From Candidatus Peregrinibacteria bacterium (GTDB lineage Bacteria > Patescibacteriota > Gracilibacteria > Peribacterales > Peribacteraceae): a stretch of DNA of 64,000 nt. Each line of letters begins with the position of its first letter. Within the stretch, counting starts at the first letter, position 1. The position numbers were made by a program, and so were the translations under genes. The stretch covers positions 39,243 through 103,242 of the forward strand of contig JACPMB010000012.1 of NCBI GenBank assembly GCA_016186175.1, written 5' to 3'. The notes under the pieces were generated by a model, which searched no databases, was not told the origin of the DNA, and saw nothing but the letters and a program-made list of their open reading frames with translations. Below are positions 44,664-53,409 of the stretch, piece by piece.

Positions 44664-45326
44664 TTAATTTAGCGTGATGGTTATATCAAACGGGGAGCGG
44701 AATCCGGTTTTACGATCCTCCTCTCTCATGAATCTTGGAGTTGTGACTTTTGCAATGAACGGCAGGCTTTTCAGAGATTGCGCGAATGCCGCGAGCACGG
44801 TCATGCTGCGCACGCCGACGTTGCCGATTGATCCGCGTATGCGTAGCCTTTTTTCTTCCGGATCGTATGCGAAAGAATTCCAGAGCACGACGTCGTCTCT
44901 CGCGGATATTTTCGCCGCATGCTCCGTAAGCCGCGATCGCAGTTCATCCAATGAAACGCGGCCGAGGCGGCCCGCCTTGAGATCATCATATTGCGGATCG
45001 TGCACGGCCAGAACGAGCCGGCGTCTTTCCGACTCCTGCGATGATATTTTCGCTTCCAATGCCGCGCGATACGCGATGATCTGCGCAGTGTCGCGCAGAT
45101 CGCCGCCAACTTCCACCCTGGTGTATCGCGGAAGCAGCAGTGCCCACGAAACCGTCATCAGTATGGCAAGCAAGAAACAAAAGAAACAGAATGGCCAGGA
45201 GAAGCGCCACAGGATGTCCAAAAGCGAAGCACGCCCCGTTGCACTGTCATCATGCGCTTTGGCTGCGCCAACCTCTCGATGCCGGGGCAGTGCGAATGCC
45301 TGTGAAATATGCATTTCTGTTTGCAT
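44664..45326 (-). CDS. Hypothetical membrane-anchored protein (single TM; PilN-like architecture)
   Basis: TM segment WPFCFFCFLLAILMTVSWALLL, then a coiled-coil and a small C-terminal domain. It ends 3 nt before the next gene's start. Confidence 0.4.
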   Translation of the reverse strand: MQTEMHISQAFALPRHREVGAAKAHDDSATGRASLLDILWRFSWPFCFFCFLLAILMTVSWALLLPRYTRVEVGGDLRDTAQIIAYRAALEAKISSQESERRRLVLAVHDPQYDDLKAGRLGRVSLDELRSRLTEHAAKISARDDVVLWNSFAYDPEEKRLRIRGSIGNVGVRSMTVLAAFAQSLKSLPFIAKVTTPRFMREEDRKTGFRSPFDITITLN

Positions 45327-45459
45327 CAGGTTTTCCTTGTATTATAGCGAAAATAAGCGAAAAAAGGAAGAATCCACTCGGTAATTCAATAACTCGTATG
45401 CCGTTATACGAATCATCGAATTAGCGTTACACTTCATTCAATCCATCCCCCCCTTTCCC

Positions 45460-46543
45460 ATGGAGGAACTGCTGAAGAAATTGTCGGAACTGCAGTCTGC
45501 CGTCAACATGGGCAAGGACTCTCTTTGAGAAAAAGGGAATCCCAAAAAGCATAGCCGATCTGGAGCTGGAGACGTCCGATGCCGGAATATGGTCCGACCA
45601 AAAAAGGGCGCGCGACTTGTTCGCGCGGCTGAAAAGTCTCAGAAAACAGTGGGAGCCTGTGTCGGAGCTAGCTGGCGATATTCAGGATATTATCGCGATT
45701 GCGAAGATTTCCTCGGAATCAGACCTTCCAGAATTGCAATCGCAGATGGACGCTCTGGATCAGCGGTGGAGGGCGCAGGAAGCGCAACTGTACCTGGGCG
45801 GAGAATTCGACTCTTTCAACTGCTACATGACGATAAGCGGAGGAGCGGGAGGCACCGAGGCGCAGGACTGGGCGGCGATGCTGGTCCGTATGTACCTTCG
45901 ATATTGCGAGCGGAAGGGATGGAAAGCCGATTTGCTGGAAAAAACCGACGGTCAGGAGGCGGGAATCAAGACGGCGACGTTCCATATCGTCGGCGAAATG
46001 GCGTACGGAAATCTAAAATGCGAAAAGGGGACACACCGCCTCGTGCGCATATCGCCGTTCGGAGCCAAAGGGCTGCGCCAGACGAGCTTCGCACTGGTCG
46101 AGGTGCTCCCCGAAATCGCGGAAACAAAAGAAATCGAAATAAATCCGAACGAACTTCGCATTGATACGTTCCGCAGTGGCGGCGCAGGAGGGCAAAACGT
46201 CAACAAAGTCGAATCTGCCATACGCATCACGCATGTCCCTTCCGGCATAGTAGTGGCGTGCCAGACGGAACGTTCGCAATTGCAGAACCGCGCGCAGGCC
46301 ATGAGTATTCTGCGGGCCAAACTTCTGGAGAAAAAACGGAAGGAAGAATTATCGCAAAAAAAAGACCTCAAAGGGTCAACGCAAAGCGCCGATTTCGGTC
46401 AGCAGATACGCAGCTATGTCCTGCATCCGTATCAAATGGTGAAGGATCTGCGGTCGAATGTGGAGACTGGCAATACGGCGGGAGTGCTGGATGGGGATAT
46501 TCAAATGTTCATTGATGCGGAGCTCAAGAGGGAAGCGGCATAA
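45460..46543 (+). CDS. prfB: Peptide chain release factor 2, requires programmed +1 frameshift at CTT TGA (45523..45528)
   Basis: The frame-0 leader MEELLKKLSELQSAVNMGKDSL stops at TGA 45526..45528. The +1 frame continues EKKGIPKSIADLELETSDAGIWSDQKRARDLFARL... and carries the SPF (RISPFGAKG) and GGQ (SGGAGGQNVNKVES) motifs. Confidence 0.9.
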
Positions 46544-46580
46544 AAAGAACCCTCCACATGGAAGGGCCCTTTTCATTTCG
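46544..46580. terminator. Candidate bidirectional terminator between convergent prfB and the small histone-fold gene
   Basis: Imperfect hairpin CCCTCCACATGGAAGGG flanked by A-rich (AAAAAGAA) and T-rich (CCCTTTTCATTT) tracts. Confidence 0.4.
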
Positions 46581-46592
46581 AGAATTTAAGAT

Positions 46593-46763
46593 TCACAGAT
46601 CGCACGGGCGCGTGGTGACGCGGCCGTTCTCTTTGGCGCGCTTGGCGGCCATCACGACAGCATCCTCAAGGTGCTTGGATGCCGCCTCGGGGAAGTCGCC
46701 GGCGCACATCATGCCGTGCTTCTTGAGCAGTTCCTTTATCGCGGATGCGACAACGTAACTCAT
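46593..46763 (-). CDS. 56-aa histone-fold-like (DUF1931 / bacterial histone-like) small protein; absent from the supplied ORF track
   Basis: My hand translation is MSYVVASAIKELLKKHGMMCAGDFPEAASKHLEDAVVMAAKRAKENGRVTTRPCDL, with an ATG start and TGA stop. The pattern (VV-S-IK-LLKK-G ... AKENGR-TT---DL) matches the remembered bacterial singlet histone / DUF1931 pattern. Confidence 0.55.
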   Translation of the reverse strand: MSYVVASAIKELLKKHGMMCAGDFPEAASKHLEDAVVMAAKRAKENGRVTTRPCDL

Positions 46764-47063
46764 AAAACGAGAGGGGAAGGAAGTAACAGCAGGATTCTAG
46801 GGCGCAAAACGTGCCCTGCAAGGCTAAATTCTTGGACATACAACAAAATCGGCATTAAGTTCCCGTTCGGGCGCAATCGGTACTTTTTCTTTTCCTTAAG
46901 CCAAAATTCCCATTATTTCCATGCAATAGCCTGAATGTCACTTCTCATCATTGTGTAGATCATGTCAATGATTTTGTGCCACAAATTCAGATCTGAAAGG
47001 AATACCCAGGGAGAACGCTCGGAGCGTAGCGGAGAGCGCTCTCCCTGAAACGCCCTGACAAAG

Positions 47064-47107
47064 TACGGTATGAAGGAAGACGTTTCACTTCCTCCCTCCA
47101 TACCGTA
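47064..47107 (+). promoter_or_regulatory. Hairpin enclosing the start codon of the IS30-like ORF
   Basis: TACGGTATG-AGGAAG...CTTCCT-CCATACCGTA: a 9-bp outer and a 6-bp inner stem. The 3' arm ends at the A of ATG 47107. Confidence 0.35.
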
Positions 47108-47439
47108 TGGCTCATCTTACTCGCTCGAAACGGGAGCAACTCGCAGCGTTGCACCGACTCGGAAAAACACAGACGGACATTGCCTCGTTCATTCATTGCA
47201 CACAATCGACGGTGAGCAAGGAACTCCGACGAAACAACTCCCATCATCCTCGCTTTTGGTACGACGGAGAAAAGGCACAGATGTGTGCTGAGCAACGGAG
47301 ACGCGCGTCGAAAGACAAATGTTTTCGATGGCATGACGATCCGGAGGCGCTCCGCTATGTGATCGAGAAGTTGCGGCTGCGTTGGAGCCCGGAGCAGATC
47401 AACGGACGGATGAAGATTCTCCGGCTACTCAGCAATTAA
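47107..47439 (+). pseudogene. IS30-family transposase remnant (N-terminal HTH region only; DDE domain missing)
   Basis: MAHLTRSKREQLAALHRLGKTQTDIASFIHCTQSTVSKELRRN...WSPEQINGRM matches the IS30 transposase N-terminus. The ORF stops after 110 aa and no catalytic domain follows in any frame. Confidence 0.7.
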
Positions 47440-47782
47440 TAGGATTGATCCAAAAAATTGATGACGCTGTCGGCCCAGAGGAAGCAAGTTTCCCTCCAGT
47501 GGGAAGAGGATATGAAGGACAGTTTTGAGGAAATCGCTGATTGTATTTGAATAATCTGATGTAAAGACCTGGACGCAATCTTTGATAGAGGGGAGTGGGT
47601 CACCCCGGAACCGCAGCTGCCCCCATGTATGTGGGTTCGTTAAGCCCAAAACATCATAGACCCTTCGACTTCGCGCTGCGGCGCTCCGCTCAGGGTCATT
47701 CGTCTCGGCCAAACTATATGGGAAGAATGGCCCGAGCCCGCAGGCGAGGACCATGAGCGAGGCCTCGCAAGGCCGAGTCGAA

Positions 47783-47873
47783 TGGCGGAGAGAGAGGGAT
47801 TCGAACCCTCGAACCCCTTTTGGGGGTTACGCGATTTCGAGTCGCGCGCCTTCGACCGCTCGGCCATCTCTCC
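47783..47873 (-). tRNA. tRNA-Ser(CGA): tRNA-Ser, anticodon CGA, long variable arm, encoded CCA
   Basis: Hand-folded as acceptor GGAGAGA/UCUCUCC, anticodon stem CGCGA/UCGCG with loop CUCGAAA, variable arm ACCCCCAAAAGGGGU, T arm GAGGG-UUCGAAU-CCCUC and 3' GCCA. Confidence 0.9.
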
Positions 47874-47888
47874 ACGCGCGAGTGTATA

Positions 47889-48893
47889 TCAAAATGGCAG
47901 GTTGTCGGGCACAACCCCTGTCCTCTCTTTCGGATCAATCCACTTCATCCCCAGCTTTTCATAAATATCTTTCTCCTCTTTGCCCGCGATCATCCGGCTT
48001 CGCTTCCCTGGAGCTTCGCCGCGGCCAGCGTTCTTTCCTTCAAACAATCCATACTCACTTAGCTTCCATCCTTTGCCGATGGCGATTTTCCGCAGTGCGA
48101 TGTTGTGATCCTTGTCGCCGGTGAAGTAAAGGAACGCAGAGCCCCATTGATCCTTCTTCACGAATCGGACATCCACCCGCAACCCCGATTCGAAGTTGAA
48201 GGAGAGCTTCTTCTCTCCCTGTGAGACAATGTCGCGTACGAAAGGGAGCTTGCTGATGGCTGCCGATACATCGGATGGTTTATTGGTCACCACCAGGATG
48301 TCGATGTCCCCCACTGTCGGCTTCTCCCGACGGTACGAGCCGGCGATAGCGGCGCGCTCAACGCCATTCATGTCGCCGATGGCCTTGAGCACGCGCTCGG
48401 CGTCCGGCCGGACTTCGTCGAGCCGGAATCTTTTCATGCGTTCTTCCGCGCGCCCTGCATTCTCCAGAATCTTTTTCTCCATCATGTCCGAGAATCCTGG
48501 CAGCTCTTTCAATTTCCCATCCTTCGCGGCGGCGATTAGTTCCGCCACCGTGCCGATTCCCTTTTCGCGCTGGAGAATCCTGACGCGCCTTGGCCCGAGT
48601 CCTTCTATTTCCATCAAAGATGGGGACAGTCCCCCCTGCTGAGCTATTAACTCATCGAGGCGCCTGATTCGTCCGGTATCGCAGAATTCGCGAATCTTGC
48701 CTGCGATGGCTTCTCCTATGCCCGGGAGCTTCCTCAATTCTTTTTCATCTTTCACCGCGCAGATTTCGTCCGCATATTCTTCCACCGCCCCGGCGGCCTT
48801 CCTGTACGCCGCCGGTTTAAAGGCGACGCCCTGCTCGTCGAGAAGCTCGGCGATCTGCCGCAGAAGCCGGGCAAGGCGGAAATTCCGGTCCAT
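47889..48893 (-). CDS. Family X DNA polymerase (Pol beta-like core only, no PHP domain)
   Basis: HhH motifs LPGIGEAIAGKI and IEGLGPRRV, plus nucleotidyltransferase motif IAGSYRREKPTVGDIDILV. I start it at MDRNFRLARLL (48893). Confidence 0.75.
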   Translation of the reverse strand: MDRNFRLARLLRQIAELLDEQGVAFKPAAYRKAAGAVEEYADEICAVKDEKELRKLPGIGEAIAGKIREFCDTGRIRRLDELIAQQGGLSPSLMEIEGLGPRRVRILQREKGIGTVAELIAAAKDGKLKELPGFSDMMEKKILENAGRAEERMKRFRLDEVRPDAERVLKAIGDMNGVERAAIAGSYRREKPTVGDIDILVVTNKPSDVSAAISKLPFVRDIVSQGEKKLSFNFESGLRVDVRFVKKDQWGSAFLYFTGDKDHNIALRKIAIGKGWKLSEYGLFEGKNAGRGEAPGKRSRMIAGKEEKDIYEKLGMKWIDPKERTGVVPDNLPF

Positions 48894-48919
48894 CGGCAGT
48901 CCATTATAGCTCCCCGCGA

Positions 48920-49690
48920 TCATTTTTCCGCGTCCAGCATCAGGCGTTGCATGCATCCTGATTTTGCGCACGTGAGCAGCGCCAGCAGTTCCTTTTTATT
49001 CCCGGAGCCGTCCAACATCCTAAGCTCTGCCGAACTCAGCAATGCAATTGCTTGCAGCGGCAGTATCGCGTTGTTCATCTGCAGTCTAAAATCTTCTTGC
49101 GTCGCGTTTATTCCATAAGCTGCAACAGTCGGCCCTTTTGCTGCGATTTCATCTGCATACAATGCCCTCAATCTCTGTTCGTCAGTCTCACTGGTAACGG
49201 AGCCATCTCTGGCTGGAAAATACTTTCCTCCGCCATGCTGCCTGCGCTCGCGTTTGCCTGCGCTCATCCAGGCCTTACGCGCGGACTTATCATCCGGCTG
49301 GCGCGCGCGATACCACCGTCTTGCCGCGCCTTTCCGATTGTGACTGTTCTGCGGCCCGGCGTCATCCCACGGCCGCTTCTGTAACATTTCCATTCCGTCC
49401 GTTTCATCTTCATCAGGGTGCCTGTAAAGAGATGATCTTGGATCCTGGCTGAGCCAGCCCTCCATCCATTTTTTGCAATCCAGATCGTATTGTGTCAGCG
49501 GCTTGCGGGCGACACCCCGGGGTGCATGTTCGCAATTTGCCGTCTCTGGAGCGTTATTCAGCGGCATATGGAAGAAGAATTTGCGGCATTGTACGAACCG
49601 CGGACGCATGCGCAAATGTTTCATCGTGGTATAACGACTTTGTGGCTTAAAGACGCTGAAAATTTGGACGGCATGACTCCAGCAATGCAT
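48920..49690 (-). CDS. Hypothetical protein (charged, Trp/Arg-rich), start uncertain
   Basis: An ORF between ahcY and polX on the same strand, with no recognisable motif. Confidence 0.35.
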   Translation of the reverse strand: MHCWSHAVQIFSVFKPQSRYTTMKHLRMRPRFVQCRKFFFHMPLNNAPETANCEHAPRGVARKPLTQYDLDCKKWMEGWLSQDPRSSLYRHPDEDETDGMEMLQKRPWDDAGPQNSHNRKGAARRWYRARQPDDKSARKAWMSAGKRERRQHGGGKYFPARDGSVTSETDEQRLRALYADEIAAKGPTVAAYGINATQEDFRLQMNNAILPLQAIALLSSAELRMLDGSGNKKELLALLTCAKSGCMQRLMLDAEK

Positions 49691-49693
49691 CTA

Positions 49694-50947
49694 TCATGTC
49701 CCTTCCTGCCAGCTTGCAAGATATTTGCGTTGTTCCGGAGTCAATTCGTCAATCGCAACGCCGATCGTCGCAAGCTGATATGCGGCGATCGTGTCGTCTA
49801 TTTCCGGCGGCAGGGTGATCACCTCCGGTTTCAGGTTGCCCCGGTTCTTCACCAGGTACTCGCACGCTAGGGCCTGGCCGCAGAAGCTAAGGCTCATCAC
49901 CTCGCTCGGGTGACCCTCGGCGGAGGCGAGATTCACAAGCCGCCCTTCGCCGGCCAAATAGAGAACCGTTCCGGACGGCAGAAGATATTCGTCCAGATAG
50001 TGGCGCACGCGCCGCTTGCGCCGGGTCTTCTTTTCCAATGTTTCGAGATCTATTTCGCAGTCGAAGTGGCCGGAATTCGCCAGAACCGCGCCGTCCTTCA
50101 TCTTCTCCATGTGCTCCCAGCGTATGACGCGCAGATTGCCCGTCACAGTTACGAAAAGATCGCCGACCGGGGCGGCGTCTTCCATTTTCATAACCCTGTG
50201 CCCGTCCATAACCGCCTGAAGAGCGGCGAAATTGTCCACTTCGGTGACGATCACCTGCGCCCCCAGCCCCCTGGCGCGCATCGCCACCCCTTTGCCGCAA
50301 CTGCCGTACCCGAGTATTACGACAGTCTTGCCGGCGATCAGCAGATTCGTTGAACGGAGAACGCCGTCGAAGGTGGACTGTCCTGTGCCGTAATAATTAT
50401 CCATAAGATGTTTCGTCTTGTTGTCGTTTACCGCGATAATCGGGATTTTAAGCGCGCCATCGCGCGCCATGGCCCGCAGACGTATGATGCCGGTCGTCGT
50501 TTCCTCGCACCCGCCGAGCAGTTGAGGGAGAAGGTCGGGATGATTTTTGTGAATCTCTGTCACAAGATCGCAGCCGTCGTCAATCGTGATGTGTGGGCGC
50601 GTCTCGATCACCGCTGTGATAAACCGGTAATAGTCCTCACGGGTTTCCCCTTTGTAAGCCCACACAAGCACGTTCTCTTCCTCCGCGAGCGCGGCCGCCA
50701 CGTCATCCTGTGTGCTCAACGGATTGCAGCCGGTTATGGCGACTTTCGCTCCGCCCGCAACCAGGGTTCTGACCAGAATGCCGGTTTCTTTCGTCACATG
50801 GAGCGCCATTCCGATCGTGAGGCCTTTGAAAGGCTGCTCTTTAACGAACCGGTCTCTTATGACGCGCAGCGCTCCCATCCGGCGCTCGGCGATCTCCAGA
50901 TTTAACCTGCCCTGCGGCGCGAGAGAGTGGTCTTTGACGTGGGACAT
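49694..50947 (-). CDS. ahcY: Adenosylhomocysteinase
   Basis: MSHVKDHSLAPQGRLNLEIAERRMGAL..., NAD site GYGSCGKGVAMRARGLGAQVIVTEVD, and CNPLSTQDD. I start it at ATG 50947. The upstream extension in the ORF track runs through a heptamer repeat. Confidence 0.9.
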   Translation of the reverse strand: MSHVKDHSLAPQGRLNLEIAERRMGALRVIRDRFVKEQPFKGLTIGMALHVTKETGILVRTLVAGGAKVAITGCNPLSTQDDVAAALAEEENVLVWAYKGETREDYYRFITAVIETRPHITIDDGCDLVTEIHKNHPDLLPQLLGGCEETTTGIIRLRAMARDGALKIPIIAVNDNKTKHLMDNYYGTGQSTFDGVLRSTNLLIAGKTVVILGYGSCGKGVAMRARGLGAQVIVTEVDNFAALQAVMDGHRVMKMEDAAPVGDLFVTVTGNLRVIRWEHMEKMKDGAVLANSGHFDCEIDLETLEKKTRRKRRVRHYLDEYLLPSGTVLYLAGEGRLVNLASAEGHPSEVMSLSFCGQALACEYLVKNRGNLKPEVITLPPEIDDTIAAYQLATIGVAIDELTPEQRKYLASWQEGT

Positions 50948-50956
50948 GCGATGAGC

Positions 50957-51045
50957 GGAAAGTGGAAAGCGGAAAGTGAAGTGGTTTCTTCCTCTACATC
51001 GGAACTTTACACTTTCCATTTTCCACTTTCCACTTTCCACTTTCC
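50957..51045. repeat. Heptamer tandem repeats forming a long imperfect hairpin between the PfkB kinase stop and the ahcY start
   Basis: ACTTTCC occurs five times (one variant ATTTTCC) at 51011..51045. Inverted GGAAAGT/GGAAAGC units occur three times at 50957..50977. Confidence 0.8.
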
Positions 51046-51048
51046 ACT

Positions 51049-52002
51049 TCATGGCAGGGGAGGGAGCGCTTCCCCGTACGTCACTTCCGCTCTTCCCAAA
51101 ACATCGTTCAAATCCAGAAAGTCCACGAGCGGCCCTTCCTGTTCCACGACGAATGACGCCGCGGATGCTCCAAGCATTCCGCATTGCTTGAGCGGCCATC
51201 CCGCGGATAAGCCGGCCATGAAGCCGGCGCGCAACGCGTCGCCTGCCCCCGTCGGATTGACCGTATGCTCCGCCGCGCATGCGGGAAGCACAATCGCGCC
51301 TTCTTTTTCTGAGTGGATCGTGAGCCCGTCTTCGCCGTGCGTGATAACGAGCAGAGGATTCATCTTCAAAAAAGCATCCACCGGCGCGCCGATCTTACCG
51401 CTCAAAAGGCTCCACTCGTACGCGTTTACAACCACTCCGTCGCTCGTCTTGACCGCCGCAGCCAGCTCATCCGCGCTCAGGGCGATAATCTGCTGTCCGG
51501 GATCGAATATCCACGGGATCTTTTGCGCGACGCACCACCGTCCGGCTTTGACCATAAGCGAGGCGTTGCGCGGACCAACGATGCCCCATGCTATTTCCTC
51601 GCGATCATCAGCCATATCCGCCGGCCACGCCCCGTGCGCGTCCGCGCCCGGATGAAAGAATGCGATCTGACGCTCGTCGCTGTCGGTGCCTATGATCGCG
51701 GTCGCCGTGACATGCTTGTCCAGAGTTTCCACGCGATTGCATGAGATTCCGCGCTCCTCCAGCAAAACGATGTATTCGCCCCCGTCCCGCCCCACGGTTC
51801 CCACCAGAAGTGGTTCCTGATTCAGAAGGCGGAGATTCCACGCGATGTTGCTCGCTGTCCCTCCGTGATGGCGCGCGTAGTGCGGGCTGAAGAAAGAAAC
51901 GGAGAGCGAGTCGAGATCGTTGGCGCTTATCGCGTCCTTAAAGGAGCCGTCATATTGCAAAAGGACATCGTAGGCGATGGAGCCGGTCACCAGGATTTTC
52001 AT
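51049..52002 (-). CDS. PfkB-family carbohydrate/nucleoside kinase (possibly adenosine kinase)
   Basis: MKILVTGSIAYDVL, GGTASNIAWNL and NPTGAGDALRAGF. Adjacency to ahcY suggests adenosine salvage. Confidence 0.65.
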   Translation of the reverse strand: MKILVTGSIAYDVLLQYDGSFKDAISANDLDSLSVSFFSPHYARHHGGTASNIAWNLRLLNQEPLLVGTVGRDGGEYIVLLEERGISCNRVETLDKHVTATAIIGTDSDERQIAFFHPGADAHGAWPADMADDREEIAWGIVGPRNASLMVKAGRWCVAQKIPWIFDPGQQIIALSADELAAAVKTSDGVVVNAYEWSLLSGKIGAPVDAFLKMNPLLVITHGEDGLTIHSEKEGAIVLPACAAEHTVNPTGAGDALRAGFMAGLSAGWPLKQCGMLGASAASFVVEQEGPLVDFLDLNDVLGRAEVTYGEALPPLP

Positions 52003-52062
52003 GCTTTTATTCTACATCTCCCGTCTTACATCTCACGTAATTGTCAATTACACTCATTTCAT

Positions 52063-53373
52063 ATGAAGATCGCCGTTGTAGGAACCGGTTACGTCGGCCT
52101 CGTATCCGCAGCATGTTTCGCGGAGCTGGGCCATCATGTAACTGGCGTGGACATAGACGAGGCGAAAGTGCGGACGCTCCAGGGCGGCAGGAGCACGATC
52201 TACGAGCCCGGACTGGAAGAACTTATTCGCAAAGGCCTCGAAACAAAACTCCTTTCATTTACAAGCGATCTGACACGGGTCCTGCCGCACGTGCAAATCG
52301 TCTTCTCTGCGGTGGCGACTCCGCAGGGAAAAGATCACAAAGCCGATCTGCGCTCCGTCTTTGCCGTTGCCGAGACCGTTGCGAAGCACGTTGATCGAGA
52401 TTTGGTGTTCGTGAACAAGTCAACTGTACCGGTCGGCACGGGAGAGAAATGCGAAAACATGATCGCCGACATTCTGAAACAGCGCGGCATGTCTTGTTGC
52501 GTTCCTGTGGTAAGCAACCCCGAATTCCTTCGAGAAGGCATGGCGGTGACGGATACGCTTATGCCGGACAGGATCATCGTCGGCATAAACAACCAGTTAA
52601 ATGCCCGGAAAACAATGGAAGAGCTGTATCGCCCCATAACGCGCGTCGGCAAACCGATGGTGTTTATGAGCAGGGAAAGCGCGGAAATCGTGAAATATGC
52701 GAGCAACGCTTTTCTTGCCGCCAAGATCAGCTTTATAAACATGCTTACGGAACTGTGCGAGAAGACCGGCGGCAATATCCGCGATGTGGCGACCGGCATG
52801 GGGCTCGATACGCGCATAGGGCCGCGGTTCCTGCATGCGGGCATCGGTTACGGCGGAAGCTGCTTCCCGAAGGATGTGAAGGCTCTGATTGCGATTGCCA
52901 AGGAGCACAATCTTGATTTCGGCATCGTCGAGGCGACTGACCGCATCAACGCGCGTCAGCGCAAGAGATTCTTCGACAGGATTCTCGCCTCTCTTCCAAA
53001 AAAATCCGCCGTCGCCGTGTGGGGACTTGCATTCAAGCCAAAGACCGACGACATGCGCGAGGCGCCGAGCCTCGACTTGATTCCGATGCTGCTCGGAGCG
53101 GGACACTCAATCCGCGCGTTCGACCCGGAAGCGATGGAAAAAGCGAAGGAACTTCTCCAATCCGGCGTCGCGTTCGCGCAATCGGCCATGGAAGCCGCGG
53201 AAGGCGCGCAGGCGGTCGTTCTCCTCACAGAGTGGGACGTATTCCGCGGAGTGGATATGAATGAACTGCAAAGGGCAATGAAGGGCAAGGATTTGTGGGA
53301 TGGCAGGAATGTGTACGAACCGTCGGAAGTGAGAGAGGCGGGGTTGGAGTACCATGGGATAGGCGTGATTTGA
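52063..53373 (+). CDS. ugd: UDP-glucose 6-dehydrogenase
   Basis: MKIAVVGTGYVGLVSAACFAELGHHV and catalytic GGSCFPKD. I start it at ATG 52063. Confidence 0.85.
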   Translation: MKIAVVGTGYVGLVSAACFAELGHHVTGVDIDEAKVRTLQGGRSTIYEPGLEELIRKGLETKLLSFTSDLTRVLPHVQIVFSAVATPQGKDHKADLRSVFAVAETVAKHVDRDLVFVNKSTVPVGTGEKCENMIADILKQRGMSCCVPVVSNPEFLREGMAVTDTLMPDRIIVGINNQLNARKTMEELYRPITRVGKPMVFMSRESAEIVKYASNAFLAAKISFINMLTELCEKTGGNIRDVATGMGLDTRIGPRFLHAGIGYGGSCFPKDVKALIAIAKEHNLDFGIVEATDRINARQRKRFFDRILASLPKKSAVAVWGLAFKPKTDDMREAPSLDLIPMLLGAGHSIRAFDPEAMEKAKELLQSGVAFAQSAMEAAEGAQAVVLLTEWDVFRGVDMNELQRAMKGKDLWDGRNVYEPSEVREAGLEYHGIGVI

Positions 53374-53409
53374 CCGTATCCTCTCATTTCCGGACAATCC
53401 ATCCTCCCT

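Noticed and set aside
50957-51045. A mini CRISPR-like or tandem-repeat array.
   Set aside because: The units are 7 nt with no spacers, and the two halves are simply inverted. There are no cas genes in the window.
50948-51048. SAH riboswitch upstream of ahcY.
   Set aside because: The spacer is a purine/pyrimidine heptamer repeat hairpin. I could not find the GC-rich pseudoknotted core I associate with the SAH element. An Rfam scan would settle this.
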